The position numbers were made by a program, and so were the translations under genes. Source: the human T2T-CHM13v2.0 reference genome, Homo sapiens. Taken from it: a stretch of 64,000 nucleotides of DNA. The notes below the pieces were generated by a model. That model ran no database searches and was not told the origin of the DNA. It saw only the letters and a list, made by a program, of their open reading frames with translations. Below are positions 53,481 through 64,000 of this stretch, piece by piece. Location of the stretch: NCBI RefSeq assembly GCF_009914755.1, contig NC_060931.1, one strand, 5' to 3'. How positions within the stretch are numbered: position 1 is the stretch's first letter; each line of letters opens with the position of its first letter.

Positions 53481-56400
53481 AACATTCTCAGGCTAGAAAC
53501 CACATGGTAACAAGGGCATATTTAGAAAGCAACGGCAACCAGCCCGAGGCTCGCACATGCACTCAGGTTTTATACAAAGCGTCTGGGGACAGAGGCAGGC
53601 TCTGACCCCAGGTAGACAGGGGATTTCTGCAAGGGAGCCTGGGGCACACAACATTCAAGGAGAGAGAAGACACTCTCTTCTGTGCACTGGTCACCGGAAT
53701 GAAACCGACACTGTGATCACATGCTGCACCCTCTAGTGCAGGGTTCCAGGCCAAAAGAAAGCTGTCCACCTAGACAGATCAGGGTGTGGCTTCTGAGGAG
53801 GCCATTACCTGGACTGCAGGTCAGAAAGTGACACGCAGGGCCTCCTGTGAAGTTCCTCCTCATAAGGAGAGACACATGAAAGTGACATCTAAATTCAGAT
53901 AGCTTCTGGTAGAAAGTTCTGATTTGAAAACATGACACCACCAACTTTCAACAAATGCAGGTCCCTCCAGCCCGTGACCACCCATTCTCCCCCCACTGTC
54001 TCCACCGTTTGCTCCTCTCCCAACTTTCTTTCCAAGGACTCATCCTCCTGAGCTGACATCCCTACCTGTCCACCACACTGAGCCTGTGTGATCCCTGCTC
54101 CAATGTCAGGCCCCTCCCCACCCACATGGGCAGACAGGCCCGTCCCAGGGGGTCTCTGGAGGGGCAGCTGTGTGCCTAGAGGCCGGGAAGGGGCAGCCTG
54201 TGCCTCCTGCACTCCACTTCAGAACACTTTCACCCAAAACTCATTTCTCTCTGGAAACTGGTACCCCTGGCTACAGCGTTCTCCAGCCCTGCGGGCTGCC
54301 ATTGCCCCTCACTTCCCAGCCCATCCCCCAAACGTCCATGCCTCCCTTGGTCCAGGTTCAAACACTCTCATCACCGGCATTTCTGTGGCTTCTCCTGGGA
54401 AACCATCAACATTTTATTGAGGCCCTGGCCTTGACTCTTTGGACTTTAGATAACTTTCTTTGGTTTGACTTTAGAATTTCTCATGACATACCCTCAACTT
54501 CCACCAAACTTTGAAAGCCTTGAGCTCTTCAGGAGTGGTGGCCAGGACTCTCCTTTCTCTAGCAGCCGCTACAGCTCCCTGGCTCCTGCTCTTCTCTGCA
54601 TGTATCCAGCCCTTCCCTCAGCACAGTGGAGTCACAGCCAATGTATGTTTAACTCCAGCACCAAATTTAAGACATCGAGGGCAACACAGATCCATGGTGC
54701 TTCCTCTCCTAGCCCATCTAGACCCACAAGGCCTGCTGTCTCCCTCGCCTGTGGCCCACGTCCATGCCCCTGCTGATGTGCATGCCTCTGAAATCACAGA
54801 GGCCGTAACAGTGTGGCGTCCACACATCACTGGGCACACCACACTGCTCACCCAACAACCACCTGTTGCCAGGGGAAGCTCCTCCAAGCTGTCCCAGCTC
54901 TCAACACCTCCACTCCCCAGACTGTTGTCCACTCCCAACAGACAACCTCGCCTGCCTTGTACAGGTCAAGTGACGCCACAGCCAGTGAACTCACTCCCAG
55001 TCTGCTCTCTACCCTTCTCTGCATCCTGGCTCCTGCACCAGGCACCCTGCTTTGGACACACTCATGGTGCTCTCAGTCTCCTGCCTCTGTCAATCCAGTC
55101 CCTGCCTGAACTGAGCTCAGCACATCAGCAGAAGGAGATTCACAGCCGGCGACCAAGCCCCCACTCTTGGCTTCACCAACTAGCCCTCTGACCCCTCAGT
55201 GTGGTAAAGATTAGATATGTTAATGCAAGCTGCATGCTCGGAAGGTTGTGCAGCTCGTGAGCAGCACTCAGCAAGGGTGAGCTCTGACAACAACAACCAT
55301 TAGCCATTCCAGCCCTGTCCTGGCCTCTGCACGGAGCTGTGCCATCCAATTCAGCTCTGTATCTGCAGCATCCAGCACTGCCGATGCTCAGAGAGGCAGG
55401 GAGGAGATGGAGACTGCATCCTGGATCCTACAGAGCCTGCCTGACAAGCACACGTGGCCTCTGGTTTTCTTTCATGAGCTTCCCAGAAGGTGACACTCTG
55501 CCTTCACTCCCCAGGTGACCTATTGGAATCCTCCGATTTATGATTAACAAGAGAGCAATATATTACATGTACAGGAATAAAGAATGAACTCCCAATACTA
55601 CGAGAAAGATGGTTTCCTCGCAGCCTCTTCCCACCCTCAGGAAAGCACCCATAGTGCCCATCACTCGGTGGCTCCCCCGCCGCTTTTCCTTCTGCCTCAT
55701 CCTAGTCAGGGGCCCAGCAGCATCCCAGACTCACTGCTACGAGTTCAGGGGCAATGTATGGCTACTGCTGCCACCAAAGGACGGCTGTTGAGATCTTGGC
55801 AGAATTCCCACAATCAATCAACACCAAATCTTGCTATTGCTCTAACCGTTTGGCCTAATTTCAGTGAGAATATATCCCAGGTCATAAATTAGCTCACATT
55901 CACACTGACAAAAATAAATACTATTGAATTTTCATAGTATAATTTCCCATAGACTGTCAACACCATGAATCCTAAATTAATTCAACTTTCCATAGTGAAG
56001 TCTGAAAGACTACTATGTCAAAGGGTGTATTTTCCTTGTTAAGAAATCATCACTATGCACTTATAAAGAAACACTAAACACATCTCTGGCTCTTGCTATG
56101 TGGAAGAAAACTTCCTGGGAGCAGTTGTACCCTCCACCTAGGCCCTATCAACTGGAGGGGGTCCCCCCACATCCACAACAGGCAGGTGCAGGCGGAGCGC
56201 ACACAGGACATTTGCTGGGGACGCCCTCCTCCTGTCCACAGAAACCTGTTTTCCCAGCTCCTGGGGTCAATGGCTTTCCCTGCACTTCGCATCAGTCTCT
56301 CGGGCCCTAGGGATTTAAATCTGGGCTCCCAGCTCCAGAGCAACTGTCACTGGGTGTCCACCCTCGACAGGCCTTGACCTTGGCTCCCTCTCTGTGACAT

Positions 56401-58468
56401 GCTCTAATAACACTCCTGGCTCACATAGCAAAGTGGTCACCCTGTCTCTTACCCCGATCCATGGACCTCCATGCCAGGTCTCCCCGACAGACAGCCAGGC
56501 AGGCTCTAGGTATATGGCTGTGCTGAGGCAACGAGCCGAGGCGGTCTCAGCTTTGCTCAGCCTGGCATGCGTCCCCATCCAGCACAGTGTCCACAGGGGG
56601 AAAGGAGTGCTGTGAAAACCAGCTTTCATCCCCAAAGTAGGTCAGAATTGCTCCTATCGGCAAGATAAACTGAGCAAGTCTGAAGATCCATTAAAGCTTG
56701 CTTTTCTTACATAACAGCACAAGCTGCCATTATATCAACCCTGTTTTTCAAGAAATAGCTGGATGTTTTACATAAAATATCCCTGCAATCTGTGCTATGT
56801 TAAAAAATTTAAGTAAGGAACACACCCACTAGTCTCTGACACCTATGCCTTCTACCTCACATGCCCTGCCCTCCATGGCATCTTAGATAACAGTAACAGA
56901 ATACAACAACTGCATCCCCTCTGTCCTTGGACTTACAGAGAGAGTAAGTGACAATTTATATGCAACTGAATGCATGTTTAACATCAAGTAGCTTGCTTGT
57001 CAACATTTAAACACAACTTTAACTATCTAAAGTCCCAGAATCAACTGTACAGGGCCAGAGTGCCCAACTTTCAATAGCAGAACTTGATCTTCAAACAAAT
57101 CTTTATGCAGAAACCCAATATAAAAACAGAAAAAGATCAAGGTGGGGCTGGGGCTGTGGAGGGTTCTTACAGGAGTGGATGGAGAGAGACTGGGGCTGCT
57201 CCTTAAGAACCAACTTGGAATCCTGGAGCCACAGGCATAGAGTTTGAAAGCTGTTGACCCCAAGAGTGTTGTTACTCCTAAGGTCAACGCCAGCACCAAG
57301 AACGTCACTCTAAAAGGCAGAAGAATCATTTGCTTAAAGGGAGCGTGCATGTGGATGGTGGTCTCCTAGCCCAGATGGCCGAATGGGGCCAGAGATGCAG
57401 GCCATGAGGGTGCACCTCCATGTAAGGGTCCCTGTCCCCATAAGGACAAAGGACCCAAGTCAAAGAGATTGTCCCAGCTGCACCTTTTGTATGAACACCT
57501 CCCTTTTCCACTAAGTCATCCGCAACCTTTCCCTCCCCTAGGAGGCCCTGGCAGCTCCATCTTGTAGCACTTTCCAAAGAAAGAAGTAGATGAGACAGTC
57601 TTGCATGCATAATCTAAAACGCCTCCCCAGACATTCCTTCAAGGCTGAAAGAGAAGAGCCAGAGCACGCACAAGTTCTACTCTTCCAGCCAAGGGCTGAG
57701 GAAGATGGTGAGGATGACCCTGTGGGCCGGGCACACAGAAGCATGTTCATGTGAGGAAGAGACTCTGCTTTTCTTCAGTCCCAGCCTCGTTCTCTCTCAC
57801 ATTTTGGTTCTGTATATCAAATACTTAAAGTCAGCAGGTGCTCTCTTTCCCCGACTTGGCACAAGTGCAATTGCAGGCTCTTATAGACAGGCACAATGAA
57901 GTTGCAGCCCTGCCTCTTCCAGGCAATGGAGAGAAAGGTTCTACGCACGGAAGACACAGATGGAAACTCAGCAGGTTTGATCGCCTGCCATTCAGGCCCC
58001 CTACTCCTACCAGGAGATGGACATAAGAGCACATCTGGGAATAGGGGCTTGACTGAGATGTGACTTAGAAAGGGGTGGCAGCAAGGGCCTTGTAAGAAGA
58101 ATAAGGACCAAACCCTCATTACACCAGGGTCTACACACACACATACACACACACACACTGCTGCTCATGCTAGGTGTGAGAAGCTTCGTGGCTCAGGGTC
58201 CCAGGGAGACTATGGGGATGGAGCCCTCTTCCAGGTTCATGTCTCAGGGAATCCACCAACAGAAGAACAGTCAAGGTTGTAGTCCCCATAGGTGGGAATT
58301 AGAGTCCAAAGATCTGCAGCTTTGGGGAAGGAATGTAGGGCAGGGGCATGAATCATTGCATGCATGTTGGTTAAGTGGGCAGGGTCACCAAAGAGCATTG
58401 GAGATACTGATCACAAACAGCAGAGGAAAGTGAAAAGAGATTAAGAAGCACAGCTCCTCTGGACTCTA

Positions 58469-58765
<297 letters not shown>

Positions 58766-59068
58766 AAAGAAAGAAAAAAAAGAAAAAGAAGAAGAAAGAA
58801 GAAGAAGGGGAGAGGGAGAGGGAGAGGGAGGAGAAGAGAAGAAGAAGGAGAAGCAGAAACAGAAGAAGCAGAAGCAGAAGAAGCAGCAGAGGAAGAAGAA
58901 GAAGAAGAAAGAAGAAGAAGAAGAAGAAGAAGAGGAAGAGGAAGAGGAAGAGGAAGAGGAAGAGGAAGCGGAAGCGGAAGCGGAAGAAGAAGAAGAAGAA
59001 GAAGAAGCAGAAGAAGCAGCAGAAGCAGAAGCAGAAGAAGCAGAAGAAGAAGAAGAAGAAGAAGAGGG
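58766..59068. repeat. Compound GAA/GAG/GCA/GCG triplet purine-rich repeat (303 bp)
   Basis: Blocks of (GAA)n, (GAGGAA)n, (GCAGAA)n and (GCGGAA)n. Confidence 0.95.
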
Positions 59069-62000
59069 AGAAGACACAGTAACTACAGAAATACAAACAA
59101 GCCATCCACCTTGTAGACCCGTCTGCATGCACAGGACACCCCGTCCAGTGGGATATCGGGGGTACCCTTCCTCCCAGGAAGCAGAGGAGGCCCAAGGTTT
59201 GTGTGCCGACTGGGGGTTGGGAGGACCCTGAGGACCCAGGACAAATCCAGCCAACTCTCAGCACCTCTTTCTCTGTCCCAGGGGGTGATGCTACTTAACT
59301 ATTAAGGCCACTCCTGTGGGCTGATTTCTGCAAACTTGTACAGGACAACATACAACTTGAGCCAATTCCTCTGATTCCTGTCGGATTCGAAAAGTAACGA
59401 ACACTTAATGAGATGGCGGCTCAGGGACTGGAACAACTCTTTTGACTGCCCCCAATGCCACCCTCACTCTTCTGATGGAGTGTATCAATTTTTTGAAAGT
59501 AACACCCACATGACTTGATCCTGGTTTTAACAGAGGGTACGCCTCTCGCACTTGAGACAGGAGGAAGCCGGCGCCCCCAGGCCACTCTCTCAGGTGACAT
59601 TGAGGAAGATTTGCTGTTTGGTCTGCGATCACGCCTGCAAGGGGGTCCTTTGGTGTTTGTGGGTTGGAGGCTTGCTGCCTCAATTCACAATCAAGAGATG
59701 CAGAGGGAGGAAATCTCAGGCTCAGAACAGGACTACCCGCCCATCTGGCCCGTTTCTGTCTCATACAACTTCAGTTGCCTGATGACAGCTGCTTTTCACT
59801 GGAGCTATCTAAGCAAGCAATGCTTAGAAAAGCCTGGTTTGGGGACAAGACCTAAAGAAATATTCTTCTGCCTGGTGCAGAGTCAAATGTCATAGGGTGG
59901 CTGAATACCATGCAAAGCGCCCTGGAGCAGCTCTCAATGCTGGGGGACAGCACTCCACCTTGCCAACAAGGACCGAGGCTGCAGACACAAGGCACTGTGT
60001 ATACCCAAGCACTCAGCAAAAAGCAGAGCCAAGACTGAAGGATCTGTCAGGTGCCATCGGCCCCCTCCTCCACTAAAGTTGTCAAAGTTTACTTCAATTT
60101 CCAAATCTTAAAACCCAACAATGTCTGGGGAGGAAAGTTTTCAAATCCATTTTCAAAGTGGCAATACTTGAATGGTCTCAGCTTGATCTGGCACTTCCGG
60201 GCCAGCTCTGCACACTGCAGCCAGCGCTTCCTGACCCAACATGTCCTCGTGGTAGCCCATTCCTGGAGCTCGGAACAGTACTCTGAGAACGCGGTATGGC
60301 CACTTCAGGACTGTGTCTTATTGCGAAGGCTGCAGACAAATGTGAATCTCCTCTGTCTGCCTGCTCTAGCAGCCCCATGGGAGCCCCAAAGCCTGGATTC
60401 TGGGAATGTTCATCAAGGTATCCACTTAAAGTGGCAGAGCCCAGGCCTGGCAATGCCACGGCCCTCGTCCTGCACACTCTTGGATTGGTAAGTTTGAGCT
60501 GCACTCAAAAAGTCCTAGGTCAAGGCAAGAAACCAAGGACAAGAGTGACAGAGCAGGCCTTCATCTCCAACCCTCAGACATTCTTGAAGCTTCCCTGCTG
60601 CTCAACCCTTCCTCTAAATCTGTCATAGAGTCTCACTCATCTACCTCCTAAATATCTAAAGGCCCCTACTCTCCATCGCCAGAGCCACACCCAAGTCCAG
60701 GCCTCCGTCAGTTCTTAGCTGGGGAGTCCAGAAGCCCATTCTCTACTCTCCTTCCTCTCCAGACTCTGCCTCCCAGAGGGCGTCCTCCAGCCTCTTTGTT
60801 ATCTTTCTGTATCCTCCAGTCATGTGGCACCTGGGATCCTCACTGTCACCCAGCAAAGAAGCCAGGCTCAGGAAAGGAAGCTGACATTCCCCCGATCTCA
60901 CGATCCACCACACACAGCACCTCTTACTTCCTCCTGCACACACCAGCCAGGCGGAACACACTTCCACCCCGTGAATATGTGCTGCTCGCCTATGCCCCAT
61001 GCCCAGGGCTAGGCATACCCTGTCTGCATTCCCTACCTGCAAGGGCTGTCCTCTTCGTGAATCTCCTTGGATTGTACAGGCAAAGTGGTTGTTTCTCTTC
61101 AATTCTTTCCTAATTCCTGGTACCCAATTATGGTACACGGTGCACCCTGTGGCAACAACTGATGTATATCTGTGTCTTCCCAATTAGAGGGTCTGCTGTG
61201 TTTCTTCCTGCGCCCACCCCAGCATCAGAGCCATGGCAATTCCCAAGAAAATATGAGATGCGTGAATATGACAAATGGTGTGTATGATAACAAAAATCTC
61301 AGAGTTGGAGGGAGGTATCTTTAGAGTCATCCAATTACAACAGGCCACTTTACAGACTGGGAAAGTGAAAGGGAATGAGGCTTATGAGAGCAAGTAGAAA
61401 GCACCCCAATGGGGAGTGTGGCCACTGACACCGACGCTCCAGAGATGTCCAGCGAGGAAAATGAGATGTTCTCCATAGGGCTCAGCAACATGGGGGTCCA
61501 GAGCTTTGCAGAGCCTCCCTGAAGAGTACTGTGGGGACAATCCTGGTGGTGACAATACAAATCCAGGGACACATATGCTGCTGTGGGCATTCCCTTAGAC
61601 CATCACAGCAAGTCTGATCCTGAAAGAGCAGGTACATCCTGCTAGGGTAAGAAATCCCCCCACCCACAGCCCTCTTGTGTGACGAGGAGGTGGGGCACCC
61701 AGTGAGACTCAGCCCAGTCTCACTGAGTCTCAAAGTCTCAAAGAGGAAAGTCAAGGGTATGAGCCCTGTCCTGCACGGTCTCGAGCACAAGACACACTCT
61801 GAGCCACAGCTGCCATCGCCGACAGTGTACGCCAGAAGGCTACCAGGGTCCCTGGCCAGTTACTAGCTTTTGATTTCTCTTTGGATCTGCTCTCTTTATC
61901 TCTAAAATGGGCTCACAGGCTCTCTCGAGGATTAAAACACCATAGTGAGGCTTCCGGCAGGCAGCCACACTGTGTGCCGCGAGATATTCTTCCCTCTCCT

Positions 62001-64000
62001 CAGGGACAGCAACTACCCCAGGGAACACTGACACGACTGCCGTCCCCCGCAGCCACACCTGCCAGGACCACAGACCCACGGGGAGACCAGGACCATGTGC
62101 TCCTCTCTGTGCTGAAGACAGGGCGTTTGTAATCACTTGCCCACATTGGAACGGATTCAAGGCCGGCTCCTTTCTGAGTATAGAAGCAGAATGTTGCGCT
62201 CACACATCAAAGCCAGCGCTCCCCTAACAGGCCCAGATTGAAGGCAGCTGCGGAGGGCTCCATTCCAGGACGGCAACCACTGCTAGAGATAAATGCGGCT
62301 TAAGTCAACATTTTTGGGGTTTTTTAACCAGGCGGCGGGGGGATAGAAAAGGCAGGGGCAGGGGTGGAAAAGAGAGTGCCGCAATACATCATTTTCCCAG
62401 CTAAAAGAGAATGTTTCAGAGGCTGCCAAACCTTCCTTAACTCCTCAAAGCACTGGACAGCTCTGAAGACTAAAGCCCTGGTGGGAATGCGGCTGGGACT
62501 CAGCCTTTCACCCGCCAGGCGGCGTCCAGTCCAGGGACCTGAGCCAGGCACTGCTGACCGCAGGCAAGAGCGAAGACTGCCTGGAGTAATAGCTCACCAA
62601 TGCAGCACACCGGCCTCCATGCCAAAGAGGGGCTGAGGAGGGCTGCAGAGTGGAAGAGAGGAGGGAAATTCAACAAGGATGAGTTTTCTATCCAAAGGTG
62701 ACTACTCTTTCTGGGGAACACCTTCTCAAAAGGACCCAAGCCTGGGGATTCTGCAGAACTTTGATGGCAGAGGTGGTGATGGCAGCCTCGTGTCTCACAG
62801 GGAGAACTTGGAAACCCTGCAGGAGTGCAGCAATAAGATCAAACGCACTTTGGAAGCCCCTCTAAGGGAATCCAGTGTGCTCAGTGAGAAGGACATGGGA
62901 AGAAAGTTTAAAGATGTGCACAGATGCTCAAGGAGGTGGGTTAAGTGAAAAACTCAGGCTATAAAACAATGCACAGGCTGATCCTACTATGAGAAATTAC
63001 ATGATATTTAGAAATCATGCCAAAAATACACCAATGACGAGTGCTTCATCTCTAGACAGTAAGATGGCGGTAATTATTCCTTCTTTTTGATAATTTACAT
63101 CTTCAAAAAATATTGATACAAGCTTAAATGTATGTAAAAGAAAGAAAGAAAAGCATAAAACTCATTCCATTGAATCAGGTACCCCAGACACGCCAGACAG
63201 CACGTGGGGATGGAGGGTCAGGAGGAGGGGATGCAGATTTGAGGAAAGGCTCCGTGCTTGTCTGTAACTCAGGAGCTGGAATTCTCAAGAATACTCAGGC
63301 AGTGGTTCAAGGGAAGGTTGCTGAGATCCAGTTTTGGGAGAGGACTCAGATTCTGTGTGGCGGGTTCTGGGCTAAGCATCCGGATACCAGTCCTGAGCTC
63401 GCTCTGAGTCCTCCCCTGTCACTCCACCTCCCTGGGGGTGCTCATGGGCTTCAGATATCATCGAGGCTGCAAGGGATGAACCAGGCACTGGGAGGAGGCT
63501 GCACTGTCACCCACTATATCCCTGAGGAGTCTGGGCATGACTCTGCCCATAAAGGGGGTCTCTGCTGCTTTATGAAGCCTGGAAGCAGTAATGACAAAGC
63601 TGTGAATCTGGCTGCAAAGTGTACCTGGCTGCCTTGGCGCCCTATCCGACTCCTCACCCTCCTGTCTGGGAACCACTCTTTCCCGGGTGTCCTTCCCACT
63701 CTGCCCTGTCCTTCTCAGTTTCTTTCCAGAACTCCTATGCACCCACTCCCAACTGGCTCCATCTTTTGCATGGCAATGCCAGACCTTCTCTACTCGCCCC
63801 TAGACCCAACTCTCGGTGACACAGAGTCCCGAGTGCATGCCCAGACCATCACCTGCATGGCTCCACCACCTCCAACCACACAATCCACAGCAGTCTCCCA
63901 CCTGCTCACACCACTGGCTCAGAAGATGCTGCATGAAAAATACACCAATGGGAATTGTGATTTGTAATGTCAGGGCCTTAGATATTTAAAGTTCAAATTG

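Noticed and set aside
59411-63070. Isolated YY1-like motifs (agatggcggc at 59411, aagatggcgg at 63061)
   Set aside because: Single short motifs without supporting context cannot be called functional from sequence alone.
63128-63967. 279-aa plus-strand ORF
   Set aside because: No recognisable homology, random-like composition and antisense to the host gene; most likely a chance ORF.

Overview
Primate (almost certainly human) genomic DNA from the middle of the tensin-3 gene (TNS3), transcribed on the minus strand. Four coding exons can be delimited from the sequence by canonical AG/GT boundaries and continuous phase: 39476-38220 (1257 nt), 15663-15494 (170 nt), 14345-14231 (115 nt) and 14145-14062 (84 nt). 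They encode the central disordered region of tensin-3, including the LD-like talin-binding helix. The flanking exons lie outside the window. The rest is intron, with about ten Alus, L1 remnants (one ~4.4 kb nested block), an ERV-type solo LTR, MER DNA-transposon and MIR fragments, and simple repeats. Nearly all other ORFs in the track are spurious. I see no new multi-gene system. The best candidates for follow-up are: a compact sense-strand box C/D snoRNA-like element with all four boxes and a terminal stem (45623-45687); a 303-bp GAA-type tract that is entirely an expanded Alu tail; a 1.2-kb CAT/CAC VNTR with higher-order units; a probable locally templated insertion inside an Alu; an old ~235-bp local duplication; and an Alu-flanked, stop-free symmetric giant exon that could circularise into an endless ORF.
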